DNA of 64,000 bases from assembly GCA_035084275.1 (NCBI GenBank), contig CM068751.1, positions 8,990,001 to 9,054,000 of the forward strand. Direction: 5' to 3'. How positions within the stretch are numbered: the stretch's first letter is position 1; each line of letters opens with the position of its first letter. Position numbers and translations under genes: made by a program. Positions 36,965-50,690 of this stretch are shown here, piece by piece. This DNA comes from Hydrolagus colliei. Its lineage: Eukaryota. Under the pieces are notes generated by a model that saw only the letters and a list, made by a program, of their open reading frames with translations, was not told the origin of the DNA and searched no databases.

Positions 36965-37183
36965 TAAATAATAATCCTTGCATTTTGATGTAGCGCTTTT
37001 CACGTCTTCTAGAGGTATCCCCCCACCCACCATGGCTCGGGTCTGAAGCAGTGACTGTCCAGCACCTAGGGACATGCTCCTGATGTGAAAGGCGCTGTAC
37101 AAGTGTAATTTTGTTGTTGTTGTCTCAAAGCGCTTCACAGAATATACTGTAAAGTGAATTGACTGGATACTTGTGGGCGAAAC
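36965..37183 (-). mobile_element. SINE tail interrupted by an opposite-strand L2 tail (~37014-37121)
   Basis: cttctaga|...ttgttgtt|gtctcaaag splits the SINE consensus cttctagacgtctcaaag. Confidence 0.8.
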
Positions 37184-38904
37184 GATTTTCTAAATGTAAA
37201 GGACAGATTGTTGCATTCTCTGTTGCTCGAAATCAAATCCAGTCATGGCAAATAACTTCCTTTTCCTTGTCTGATTTATTCTGTGGTTTTCAATTCTCCT
37301 CCTGTCAACGCCTGAGCTAAAGGCACATGCATCTGTTTTAATTTTCTAATGGATTTCTGATTAAAACTGACAAATTATTTTTGTTCTGACTGAGTGAGCC
37401 TTCAGGCTTTCAAAATCCCAATTTGATGAGCAGCTGAAACAAATAGAGAACAAATCATTTTGTAACTGATTTAATTCAGGCAACCACTATCAATACGTTT
37501 CTCATTATTAAATAGCTCCCAATTTGCGATGTTGGGATATGACAGCCATTTCTGATTAATTCTCGAGGCACAATTACATGTTTATGACAACGAAGTATTC
37601 AGAACGTATCGGTACACTCTAACCTGTTTCATCAAGACAGTGATTTCACATTCTCGGTCGTGAATGCAAATTCTTCCCTGTATTTTATTGTACGCTATCT
37701 GGGCAAATGGCACAATGTAAACAGAGTGATCCACCAAACACTTTATGGCAGAGAAATTACAAGGTAACCAAAGATAATGGATGAACATGCAGGAACGGAG
37801 GCCATCGGATGGAATGAAGGCAGCAAGTGTATGTGCTTCGCATGCATCACGCTCTGTGCTATTTTGTTACAGGCGCATTTCTATAATGCACAAAACAACA
37901 GTACTTGTTAATGGATTTATTCTGTAATGAATAAGGTACACAGTGTGGTATAGCATTGAAAGCAAAGCGATGGGATGATGGATAGCAACTGCAATATTTA
38001 GTTCCATGTATTTAACAAACCCTAACTAAAGGTGTTTTATTGCTGATTTATATTGCGTGGATATTCACTGAATGTTTAGTTCCGAGGTATTGATTTGGCC
38101 CCTGTGTCTTTGCCGATGTTAATTCCTCTACAGGAGCATCAACCTCAAATTCTATTTCCCATACTCTTAATATTTTTTCATCAATTTCATCAAATAAATC
38201 CAAATGATTTTGTTTGGAAACACTTATGAATACCTTACACGCAGGCACCGTTCATCACTCTACTCTATATAAAAAAGACCATTGTTTTTAAATGGAATCG
38301 TGTGATTCATAATAGAGTACAGAGCTCCTCAATTGCGGGATGAAACAGATGACTGAGCTGCACATGAAAAGTGCTGTAATGCCGTCAGACTTGTTTCTCA
38401 CTATCAACACCATTAGCACTCGATCAGTAGAGCTTTAACCTTTCAATGTGACAATTAAACAGAAGGAGTGTTGAACAGCGCTGCTCTGTGACCTCTCTGG
38501 GAATTAAAGTACAGCTATTTTGTTACATGAATGAATTGTCCAGCGATTTAGTGGCTCCCGTTGCTGACGGATGCCAAGGTAAAGAGAGCATTTTAACAAG
38601 TGAATTGAGAGATTCTTTTCAAGTGGGTTAGGCTCCATCCTTGGTCCTCTCCCCTTCACTATCTGTACGCTCCCGCTCACCGAAATCACCCGCAGACGTG
38701 CGCCTTGGGACGTCCTCCCGACATGAAAGGCTATAAATATAATTTTGTTGTTAACTTCCTCTTGTATGTGGATGACAATCAACCTGTAATGGGGCGGTTG
38801 AGTGTGGTGATAACACTCATCTACTCCAGGTTGTGAAATGTTCGGCTACTATGTTTGACACTGCATGTTTTCTGATAGTTAGAAGGAAATGGATGTCTTT
38901 TATA

Positions 38905-39095
38905 ATAATAACAATAATAATAATAGTACTCCTTGCATTTGATATATTATTTTTCACATCATATATTATTTTTATGTTTCACAGAATATACTGTAAAGTG
39001 AATTGATTGTATATTTGTGGGCGAAACACGGCAGCCAATTGCTCACAGCGGCGTCCCCACAAACAGTCGCGGATTGAAGTGACCAATTTCTTATT
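38905..39095 (-). mobile_element. SINE 3' half
   Basis: Matches the family consensus. Confidence 0.8.
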
Positions 39096-39550
39096 GTTTT
39101 AGAAGGACATAGTATGTCGCTCGGCTGAATTGGAATTGGAATAATCAATTACATTCTTTTTTACATGAATCTTTTCCCTTAAATTTAAAGAAAAGTCTAG
39201 GCTCCCCCACATAATTGTGTTGTCAGGCTGAAACACTTGCTGTTTTATCTTGCTTGAAACTGACAGTCACTTGTAGTGGTTAGATTAATCCACTGTGATG
39301 AACCTTAAATTAAACTCCGGATGCCAATGGACCATGTGGAAACTTGACATCGCAAGTACACACTATTAAGTCTGGAATGCACGGAGTCATGCTGATTGCT
39401 TCGGTAAGGTTGCTGGTGGCAGTGAGATTCTCAGTGTGCATTGGGCATGCAAGAGCGCTTCTGGTGTCAGCGAGACGGAGAAAAATTATTAAAACATAAA
39501 ATTATTCAAAGCAATCAAAATTTTGCAAAACGCTGCTGGATGCCACATAC

Positions 39551-39725
39551 CTGCCTCGTCGTAAGCCGACGAGAGCTTTTCGAGCAGTTTGCGGTCTATT
39601 GCCAGGATCTGCTGTTCAAGGATAGTCTGGTGTGAAAACACACTATTCTCTTTATCTTTCTCGTACTCCTGAAGATGTTGTTTCAGAGCCTCTGGCAGGT
39701 GTAGCTTTGCATACTCGGCGGCGGA
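39551..39725 (-). CDS. PPM1L: PPM1L exon 2
   Basis: 175 nt, gcag acceptor and gtatgt donor; encodes SAAEYAKLHLPEALKQHLQEYEKDKENS...AYDEA. Exon 1 (DGHGG motif) was not found in the window, so intron 1 is >24 kb. Confidence 0.96.
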
Positions 39726-42700
39726 CTGCACAGAAAAAGATAAGTATTTTCAGAGGCCAGTTATTTAAATATTTATCAGTCTGTGCTGCGCTCGGAATTC
39801 AGAAACATTTAGCACTGTAAGGATCCATAATTCACCCAACATTAATCATAATTCAGGTTATTTGCAATGATATTGGCGGTCAACTCGACTCAAACACCGA
39901 CAGGCAGGAGGAAACCCGAGGCAAGGTTCCTTTACCGAGCGATGAGTAGGAACCCGCTTGTTAGTGGATCGGCTGATCGCTTGAAGGTGGAGTTTAAACG
40001 AAAGATAGAGAAGGAGTGAGTTGGAGGGACGGAGGGAATAAATTCCAGAGGTTAGGGGTACAGTGACTGGAGGTTAGGCCACCGATTGTGGTGCCAAGGG
40101 GGTAAAGCAGATCTGTTTCAGTGGAGCGGAGGAGCTGAGCAGAGGAGTTCAAGCAAATCACGTAGACACAAAGAGGACATGCAGAGTTCGGTGCAACAAG
40201 TGAATGTCCTAAACCGTAACCACTGTAATCAAATGCACAATATGCATCAGTGGCTTTTTACCAATTGTCACTACCCAGATAATAATCTGATAATCTCCCG
40301 CGAAGAAGTAAATTCAGAGGCTCCTCTGAACCCAAAATAGGATTTGCTGAATCAGTTGCGTGATTCGACACAAAAGCGGGACATGGAAATGATGAACTTT
40401 TAAAAACATTCAAGTCTTGGGCATTGAACAAAATGATTTACGCTGGAACCTGCCAGCTTCACGAGCCAGCCACACCCCAGCCGTCAGCGCGAAATTGAAT
40501 TGCGAAGGCACATGTTTTATGCCTGCACAGCAGCGCTCTTGTTTATGAAAAATGACATTGCTCAAACATATAGTAAAGCTACCTGGCTTCCTGATGTAAA
40601 AATTGCCTACAGTTTAACTCAGGCAATACATTTGCTATAGAAAAGTCAAGGACGCAAACTCATTGCCCGAGTTGCACTTTAAATCTGTTGGAAAGGTAAA
40701 CACAAGTTTACGGAGGTGGGGTATGTGGTGGGAGGAAGGAAAGCACATTAATATAATAACCGACACAATTCAATCCCACATTTGTGCACATTCACAGACT
40801 GTATAGAGTGAATCATTTTGTCATCACACCGGTGGCATGAAATCTGTATGATTTGTTCTATACCCACTGAAGGATTTTCGGTGGATTTATGGCTCTGAAA
40901 AAGGAAATCAAGTTGGTGCTGTATTACCGCACTGCATTCGTCCTTGTAAATGTGGCACCAGAGCTACGAGTATACAGTAAATATAAAAGGATTTCCAACA
41001 GAGGCAGGATTGATTGACTCATTTCCGTTCCATTTGTCACACTTTAATTTTGTGCAGTTCTTTACTGAGGATGATAAAAGGCGAACAGTTGAAGCTTTTT
41101 CTTTGCTGCTGGAGGATACAACGGAAACACCTTTGATGTCTGTTTCTGAACCACACAAGCGAGGATATCACATTACCCTCGTTCTTGGTTGGGGGCAAAA
41201 GGAGTACAAAGAAAATATTTATTGGTGAGAACTTCTGAAATGATGTACGGGAAGTGCGAACAGCAAAGATTTTCTCCAGAAGCCAACATTTTAAGAGCAC
41301 CGTCACATGGAACACATGGTGGATTAACCATATACTGTATATATATTTTAGCTTTCTTTTTACGTTTAAAGGATTAGTAGTAACTCTGACAAAACAAAAC
41401 TTACCACCACCTGTCAAATGAAATAAATTTTCTCTGAAAAGTGGCAAGCGAATGTCTGTGTGCTGTTGGATTATCTCTTGACATGAGAATACTCTCAGAT
41501 AAGCAACCTGACTGCTTTGGTTGCCTCGTTGGGTGCACTTTGGTAGGATCAGCTCTTGCAGTACCTTTGTGCACATATAATTGAGGTTACTTTGAACTGA
41601 ATGGAAAGACCGTCACATAATAAGCTATCCGCGGTGTCATGTAAAATGTAAGCTTTTCTTTGATGAAATCCATAGACTCTGTGGTGTTTTTCAGACGGCA
41701 AAATGGGTGACAAAGATCACAATGGTTGTTGGACTGGCACTAGCCATCACCTCTATAGAAATGGGCATTAGCTGCTGCATTTAAGCATCACAGATTCAGG
41801 AACAGGGAGGAACATTTCATTGACTAGTTTGGATGTGGCTGTGATAACTATGGTCGAACAGTGTGTTATCAAGGCTCACATCTAAATATTGACTTGGCCA
41901 AGGAGTTGTACTGTAAAGTGGGGATTAGAATAATAAGAAGAATAAGATTGTAAGAATAAGAATAATGAGATTATCTCTGAAAATGATAAAAAGGAGTCAC
42001 ACTATGTAAGGAAAGGAAACCATTTTGTTTTGTTAAAAAAAAGGCAAAACAGACCATCAGAGGTTTGAACAGGTTTTGAAATTAGCACCCAAAATACATG
42101 CTTTGAAAATGAATTACTTTGACTGTTTGCTGATTGCTTTGTTTCTTTACTCGTTGACAAATCTGTAACACTTGGGTTAATGATGAGAAGTTGTTTTGAT
42201 TATGAAGCCTTGAAAGATGGTGTGTACAGCTGAATCCTTTTACCTTGGCAACTTGATAAAGGGTGGGTAGCCGTGGTAAAAATTAATTGGGCAAATGTAA
42301 GATATACACGCCAAATCCTTTGATTAATGTAACCAGAATGTTTTTTTTAATCTATAACTGAAACTAAGAGGAGTTTTTTTTCGCGCTGATATCAATCAAA
42401 TTTGCTGAAGTACTTGGTTTGTAGGAAGAGCAGTCGTTGAATTTCACAGAATTATAATTGTACTTTTCTTTGCTAAAATGCACAATTTTGTTAATGAGCT
42501 ACAACCATGATTAATAGTCATGGTATGGTATGTTCATTGCCTTGGGCTTGAAACCATAACATTCAGAGAATTATTTTAATCGCAATTTGAATTGATGGTG
42601 CAATGTTAATTATGTGCCTACAATTTTACAATATATTAGAATACATGGTAGGAAGCCAGAGGCTTACTGGTAATAGATTGTAGAAAGAATTGCAGTTTTT

Positions 42701-44224
42701 ACCATCTTAAAATAGAAATGTCCAATTAGTTAAAGGTTCTATCTATCCATTCATGACTAGGAAAAACAAAGATATCTTACAGTGGACCTTATAGATGTGT
42801 ACAAAATAATAATCAAAATAATCCTTGCATTTGATATAGTGACTTATCGCATCGTTGTTATGGCCACATATCAAAATGCTTCATAGAATATACTGTAAAG
42901 TGAATCGAGTCTATGTTTGTGGGCAAAACGCGGCAGCTGATTATGCACAGAATATGTAAAAATATGTATCAAATACTCCATAGATTTGAGAAAGTAAACC
43001 TAAAACAATACTCTCACACACCCTACAGAACCAGGACAAGAGAGCACAGGTTCAGAGAGTTGTCAATGGCAATTTTAGGACAGACACTAGGAAGTATTTT
43101 CTTAAGACAGTCCCAACGTTTCAAATATCTCCCCAAAGTTGTAACAGGTCAAGCTTATCTACATGAAACCTGGAAATCATTTGGTTGGGTTTGTAATTAT
43201 TTTGTTCTCATGTGTACGTCTCTATGTGTATGTCACGGTACAGAGCATGCAGAATGTTGTGCGGTATAAGGTAAAGGAGAACATAGCCAGAGTCTTGCCT
43301 CATTCCCCAAACATAGCAGGTTCGTGATGTCATTGAAGTGCCTTGTGAAGTTTTCTGGCGGTAAAAGAAGCTTCCAGCCGTCACCTTCTACGAGGCTTCA
43401 ATACAATAACAGCTTATAGCGTCCTTCAGCAGGGCAATGTCTCACTATACTGAACACTGATGTTACGCGAGTAATGTGGGTCGATTACAAGCATTAGTGA
43501 GTTGACAAAAAAACAAGTACAGCGCCCTGTGACGCTACCTGGATAGTGTGGAGGGCGGCGCTATCTAGGGAGAGTTGTTGTTGACAAGTAAGTTTTAAAT
43601 TAATGAGAATTCAAGGGAGCCTGTACAGTAAAATAAAACAAAAGTGTTGAAAGAGCACATTGTTTAGGATTGCGTGTTCCAGTATAAACTGTTGTAGATT
43701 ACCGGATAAGCCTCTGGATGACATTTTCCGCACTTTGGATTCCAACAGCAATATTAATCAAAAGAAGATAAGTTTCCCCGAGGCAAAGTTTTAAAATAGA
43801 CATTTAGGTTTTCCTTCAACACGAACCGTGACATGAACTTCAAATGAATTTAATTCTGTAATTCCCCCATGGTGAGAAACACTATGATTCTGATGTGCTA
43901 CATTGGCAATGTGCCAAACTTGTCTTTTAGTCCTGTCTTTTAGATTTTCAACACTTTTGGCCAAGTGTTGCACATTTTGCTGATGAACAGCTCTTCGGGT
44001 CACTAAAATCAGAAATGGCAGGAATCTACAGCATTTAGGAACATAAGAATTTGCTGGACGAAAGAGGACCGAGCTCCACCTCGTTTGCCTTTACCATCCT
44101 GACAGATACTTGGCATTATGATACCAAAACTGTACTCCCAGGTATCATATTCTAAATTCATTATTTTCTCAAAACAAATTAATCGGCCATTATTTGCGAT
44201 ATTTGTGAATCGTAAATTCCAGTT

Positions 44225-44508
44225 ATAATAATCCTTGCATTTGAGATAGCGCTTTTCACGTCTTCTAGATGCCTCAAAGGGCTTCACAGAATAGACTGTA
44301 AAGTGTATTTGTGGGCAAACGCGGCAGCCAATTGCGCACAGCAGTGTCCCACAACCAGTCGTGGATTGAAATGATTTTTATCGCTGGGGTTTGTTTTGGA
44401 TAGATTATTATTAGGCGTGTGGAGTAAGGAAACTTGCCCAAGGTTTCGCCCTGATCTGCCTGGATTCGACACAGGTCTCACGCTTGTAAGGCGGGTGCTC
44501 TAACCACT
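44225..44508 (-). mobile_element. SINE copy
   Basis: Matches the family consensus. Confidence 0.9.
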
Positions 44509-45029
44509 ACATTTCATAATTCCCAACTATGATTCCTATTTGTGAACATTTTTACTTCCAATAAGTAAGCTCAGCAGAAAAATGCATGTCGTCTAGACAC
44601 AAAAATGTCTAGAAGACGTGAAAAGCACGTTATCAAGTGCAAGGATTATTATTACAGTATTATTATTAGAAAGTGCATATGAGATTTCATAACGGAACAA
44701 ATTTCTTTGTTCAGCTAGTTTGACATCTTCTCAGATAGGAATCGTGCTTTAACGTCCTTCGTGGCAGAATAAGCGACCTTTGTCTTTCAGCAACTGAAGA
44801 GTTCAGTCCATTCATTTCCAGAGATTATCAATGCCTGGGAAGACCATGATGGACTTCTGTGACTGAGCCCACAGATCGGCCATTATAATGCACTCTGCAG
44901 CTGTGGGAAGCAGATAGAACCTTGCCAGAAGGAATGCAGGCCAAGATCAGGCGGAGCCAGCGAACTGCTACAGTATATGCATCTCAAGTACATAATAAAC
45001 ACAATTCCCTTTTAATCGGCTTCAAATAT

Positions 45030-45312
45030 GTGGAGTCCTGCAGCTCAGTGGTTAGAGCGCTCGCCTTAGAAGCGCGAGACCTGCGTTCGAATCCAGGCAG
45101 GTCAGGGCGAAACCTTGGCCAAGTTCCTTACTCCACACACGCGCCTAATAATAATCCCTCCAAAAAAAACCACGATAATAAAATTGGTCATTTCAAACCA
45201 CGACTGTTTGTGGGCTCACTGCTGTGCGCAGTTGACTCCCGCGTTTTGCCCACAAATAAACAGTCTTTACAGTATATTCTGTGAAGCGCTTTGAGACGTT
45301 TAGAAGACGTGA
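45030..45312 (+). mobile_element. SINE copy
   Basis: Matches the family consensus. Confidence 0.9.
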
Positions 45313-45559
45313 ATAGACGAAAATATTTATTTTAAAACATACATATTTTCATATATATGTCAAACACGCCAAACAACAGAACAATCCCCACCGTGTGGGG
45401 CCCTGTCTTTATCCTCTCGCAAAAAAAACTCCGTCCAAGCAAACATTTCTTGAATGTAGTGTTAAACTGCGCGTGGGCCATTTTTAATCAATCAAATAAT
45501 TGAGGCTGAGTTGGAGTGGCTTGAATGGATACACGTGCTATTCATGGTGTTTCACAACA

Positions 45560-45857
45560 TAATAATAATAATCCTTGCATTTGATATAGCGCTTTTCACA
45601 TCTTATCGACGTCTCAAAGCGCTTCACAGAATATACTGTAAAGTGAATTGACTGTATACTTGTGGGTGAATCACGGCAGCCAATTGCGCACAGCAGTGTC
45701 CCCATAAACAGTGGTGGATTGCAATGACCAATTTTTTATTATTGTGATTTTTTTTTAAGGGATTACTATTAGGCGTGTGTGTGTGTGTGTGTGTGAAGTC
45801 AGGAAAATTGCCCAAGGTTTTGCCCTGACCTGCCTGGATTCAAACACAGGTCTCAAA
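45560..45857 (-). mobile_element. SINE copy with an internal (TG)n expansion
   Basis: Family consensus; (TG)n at ~45776-45795. Confidence 0.9.
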
Positions 45858-47490
45858 CACATTAAAAACTGCATTGAAGAATTTGCTAAATTCTGGACAT
45901 TCTCAAATGCTGCGTCAATCCAGTAACTCCAGACCTAGGTGGAATTTCGAACCCATTGATTTCCTATCTAAATATCATGCATATTATATGATGCTGTAGA
46001 AAATATTCAATCTATCAAGATGCCTATCAATTCTCTCACATTGTGGTCTCACGGCTAAAAATGCAAAACAACGGATAATGGATTTAATTGAATTGGCTTT
46101 TCAAATTGAATTCTAGCTGCTAGTTAATGTCACAGCACGGATGAAATATCCGAAATTGTATCTCAGGCATTGTTGAAACATAACATCTGCTGCAATGGTC
46201 TATTGGCCTGGCCCGAATGTGCTGAATGGAGAGTATCGTACAATAAGGGTAATATTTTCCGCCAGCGTAACATTGTCGCACTAACCCCAATTCTCTTTCA
46301 AGATCTTTAGGAAAATAACTAATCTGATCGGTAGCTGGCTGAGTGACATAGCTGTTCAAAAAGGATTCATAAATTGAATCCACGAGGCAACTTTCCAGCT
46401 TTGCAACCGCTCACATGTTAACGATTTGTAGGAGCAAATGATGATTTACCATCGTGCCCATATTCCAAAAATATATTTCCATGATTGTTGATATAAATCT
46501 TCTTCACACTGTTGCTATATATAGCTGCCGATGCTCCCACCAATTCCCCTAACTGTCAGTTACGCTGGGTGGCAATGACCCTTTGAATTCCACTCACTCC
46601 TGCACAAAATAATTAATAAAATAAAACCACAAAACAGCTAAGGCACCTGTGGTGTCGTCTCCACAATAAAGAGTTTGATCCCCCCCCACCCCCTCTCTCT
46701 CTCTCTCTCCCCTAGTGCTGCCTCACCTCTACTCAGGTCAATGGTGCACTCGCTACTCTATTTATCCCAAGGTTTGCACAATCAGCAGCTTGATTTCCCC
46801 ACCACGAGGAAAAGAAAAAGGCAGAATACTATGGCCTTGGCCGAGTTAGCATCACCTGTTGCTTTTCCAGTTTTTCCGATTGCAATTCACCGACTATGCT
46901 TGGGGCGCGAAGGAGTTAAAAAGTGAAGGCTGACCAATTTATTTGGATACTTCTGCGCACTTAGTAGGAGTGTTACGTTTCAACGATGTTGGCACAGTTC
47001 CACGGCAGCATGCAATCCTGCTGAAAATAGAGCAAGACAGCTACGTCGATTGACCACGAAGGCGAGTTTACGCAGAAAATTTCTTGAACGTTGAGTGAAC
47101 CCATCCCAGCATGTGAACCTAACTTGTGCGCTTGATACAATCGCTAAGTTCTTCTGGAGAGATCATGGGTGGGATCCGCTGGTGGGAACTGGCGCCGATT
47201 CAACAATAACAAGAACTCTGATTTATAAATTCGGTTGTGCAAAGCACTTTCAAGACATACCACCATTGTGAATGTCGCCGCGTAAAAGTAAACTGTTGTT
47301 CGTTCTTTCCAGCATCGGAAACAAATGAACAAATCCCATTCTAAATGCACATCTTCACATTCACCACGCTCACCAGCGGGCAAGATCGCATCCCCTTCCC
47401 CCAAACAGACCGTGAGAGCCAACGGAAAAATAAATTCCGAAAATATAAGGGGAAGCGGGTGGGTTTAAAAGTAACTGAAGTGATTTACAC

Positions 47491-47625
47491 TTTGACGAAG
47501 GGTCGTGGAGCCAAAACGTTGACTCACTTTTTCTTTCTCCATAGATGCTCCCTGACCTGCTGAATGCTTCCAGGCCATTTCTGTTTTTGTTTCAGGTTTC
47601 CAGCATCTGCAGTATATTTTGGGGT
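47491..47625 (+). mobile_element. Penelope-like element terminal fragment
   Basis: tgacgaagggtc...aaacgttgact...agatgctccctgacctgctga...ttccagcatctgcagt; related copies at ~50375-50506 (-) and ~51430-51478 (+). Confidence 0.65.
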
Positions 47626-47932
47626 TTTGTTTTCGAAGTGATATACTGTTGTTTAGTGTGGTTCCGTATCATTTCCATTTTATAACATGGCTTTTCTCCT
47701 TTGTAATGAATGTACGGCTGAATGATCCTGACTGAACGGCCTAAATGTACTTCTTGGCAAACTGCAAACCGGGAGTCTGCATGATGAATTTGTTTGTGAA
47801 TTTATTTTTAGTTATGGCTGCTGATCAACAACTCTCTGAGTATCTTCTGTCAGTGAGAAATACTCTTATTTTCCATCTACCTAATTTCAGAACACAGCAT
47901 AGCACAGTAGGATATTCCAGGGAAGAACTAAC

Positions 47933-48242
47933 CTGGATTCCTGTAGCTCAGTGGTTAGAGCACTTGCCTTACAAGCTCGAGACCCGTGTTTTGAATCCAG
48001 GCAGGTCAGGGCGAAACCGTGGGCAAATTTCCTTACTCTACACCCCTAATAATAATTCCTTAAAAAAAAAAGGTCATTTCAATCCACGACTGTTTGTGGG
48101 ACACTGCTGTGTGCGATTAGCTGCCGCGTTTCGCCTACAAATATACAGACAATTCATTTTACAGTCTATTCCGTGAAGCGCTTTGAGACGTCTAGAAGAC
48201 GTAAAAAGCGCCATATCGAATGCAAGGATTATTATTATTATT
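47933..48242 (+). mobile_element. SINE copy
   Basis: Full length. Confidence 0.9.
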
Positions 48243-48659
48243 TACACCGAACACACAAGGTTATGAAATTGCTGGTGTTGCAAAACATGACATTTGCTGG
48301 AATGCTTTTCAGACAAATTATCGGTTAGATTAATTCTAGAACCTGCATTGCATTTTTCTTAGAAATAATTGCAATCTAGGAAAATTAAAATAATTTGCAT
48401 AAAAAAGGTAAAAGAAGCGTGTTTTTCCCTCCTCTTTGCCTTTATCTCTCACTGGAATCTTTTCGGTTTCATATTGAACATTGATCTGAAGTGACTGGGT
48501 CAACCTTCGATATTATCGATATGACGTCTATATTACCCATTTTCTCTTGTACACCATTTAGTGCAGTACAGATGTGATACACTACCGTGAATATTATTGG
48601 CATGAGGAGACTGTCAACAGCCCATCTATATGCATCCCACAAATATACAGTTGGTTTTC

Positions 48660-48920
48660 CTGCTCTCCTTTCCCCTGCCCCTACCCCTCCCCTTGCCATC
48701 TTTTCCCCCCTTTCTCCCCTAATCCCACTTCCATGACTGTCTGTGGGACACTGATGTGTGCAATTTGGCTGCTGCGTTTTGCCCACAAATATACAGTCAA
48801 TTTTCCTACTCTTCTTCATCCCTCCCCTCCCCCTCCCCCTCTGCTCTTGCCCCTACCTAACTGTACAGCACGTTGGGACGTCCTTTCGATGTGAAAGGCG
48901 CTATATAGATGTAAGTTTTG
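48660..48920 (+). mobile_element. Headless element: SINE-body block embedded in L2-like pyrimidine-rich 3'UTR and tail
   Basis: Shares taatcccacttccatgactgt...cagtcaattttc with the copy at ~57640-57870 (-). Confidence 0.7.
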
Positions 48921-49356
48921 ATGAATTGATGCATTCCCGTAGCTCAGTGCAGTTTCTTTCAGGAAAGAAACAAGGGTAAAAACTGAGGGCCAGTGATCAG
49001 CTGAAACCTAACAACCAAATACGTACTGCAAAGCATAATAAAAACTGCATCGTTGTCAGATTGCAGTGTGTCCCAAATACTCTCACTGTGAAATATGAAA
49101 CAGCCTAATTAAAGGAATCAGATGAATCATAAACCATTGCTGAATATGTTCTATGCACACAGGAACTTACTGGATTTCTCCCATGTGTTTCGAGCCATTA
49201 AAATATAAAAAGTTCAGGGACATTTCTTCGAGATGCTCCAATGGAATGAAATGAATGACACTGCTGCACATATTATTAAATCATAGTTTCTATCATTGAC
49301 ACTTCAACAGTTCCTGGTTCATAGGTTCAACCATGTTCCATACTTTTAACAAAGAA

Positions 49357-49683
49357 ATCATAATCCTTGCATTTTGATATAGCGCTTTTCGCATCATATC
49401 GACGTCTCAAAGCGCTTCACAGAATACACTGTAGAGTGAATTGACTGTATATTTGTGGGCAAAAAGCGGCAGCCAATTGTGCACAGCAGCGTCCCCATGA
49501 ACAGTCGTGGATTGTAAATGACCAATTTGTTTTATTGTGTTTTTTTGGGGACGGATTATTATTAGGCGTACGTGTGGAGTAAGGAAGCTTGCCCAAGGTT
49601 TTGCCCTGACCTGCCTGGATTCGAACACAGGTCTGACGTTTGTAAGGCGAGTGCTCAAACACTAAGCTATACAGGATTCCACA
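49357..49683 (-). mobile_element. SINE copy
   Basis: Full length. Confidence 0.9.
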
Positions 49684-50054
49684 CTTATGAATGGGCAGCT
49701 TTTGGTTAACCTGGAAATAAATGAGCGTTTCTCAATATGAGCATTTTAGGGTGGGCAAATCCCTCTATCAATTTGGAGGACGTGTCCTTCTGAACAATGC
49801 ACACTGCTTTCAGATTCCAACCACTGACTCCCCTGTCAGGACCATTGCTAGGTGAAATGCTGCAGATCAAGCCACTGTAACAAAGGTGGCTTGTTTATAA
49901 CAATACCTTATAGTACGGCAGATCTGGTGACAAGTATGTGCTGGGTTTTTGTCTAAGCACTCCATAGTGTTTTGTTGGTACTGTACTGTGTAGCATCGTA
50001 TCCCTTTGCCTTGCATAGTCAGAAGGAGGTAAATAGGAGAAATTGCTGCATTAA

Positions 50055-50330
50055 TTCACGTCTTCTAGACGTCTCAAAGCGCTTCACAGAATACACTGTA
50101 AAGTGAATTGCTTGTATGTTTGTGGGCGAAATGCGGCAGCCAATTGCACACAGCAGTGTCCCACAAACAGTCGTGGATTCAAATGACCAATTTTATTGTT
50201 TTTTTTTGGAGGATTATTAGGCGTGTGGAGAAGGAAACTTGCCCAAGGTTTCACCCTGACCTGCCTGCATTCGAAACACGGGTCTCATGCTCACGTAAGG
50301 CGAATGCTCTAACCAGTTAGCTATAAGGGT
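50055..50330 (-). mobile_element. SINE copy
   Basis: Matches the family consensus. Confidence 0.9.
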
Positions 50331-50690
50331 TCAACAAACTAGAGAACAGTGAGGAAAGAGAGGGAAGCTGATGGTAAAATACAGCTGCTGGATATCTGAA
50401 TTTAAAACAGAAATTAGCTGGAAACACTCAACAGGTCAGGCAGCATCTATGGAAGGAGGAAAAGTGAGTTAACGTTTCAGGTCCACAAACTTTTGCCAGA
50501 ACTGGAAAGCTAAGTGACTCAATATTGTGAAACCTCTCTTTGTTAACTGATCAAAAATAGATTGACCGCAATAAGACTGACAATCCAAAATAAAAGACAA
50601 AGCATGATGCACTGGATCTTAACTTGATATTTATTGTGTCATGCAAATTGACCACTGGACCATATTTCTCCGTCATCCAGAGGCAGTTGA

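Noticed and set aside
41037-41576. 179-aa ORF in PPM1L intron 1
   Set aside because: No recognisable domain or splice-consistent structure; not PPM1L exon 1 (no DGHGG motif or transmembrane segment).
43519-43572. Three tandem CTCF-like half motifs
   Set aside because: Each lacks key core positions; too weak to call without a PWM score.
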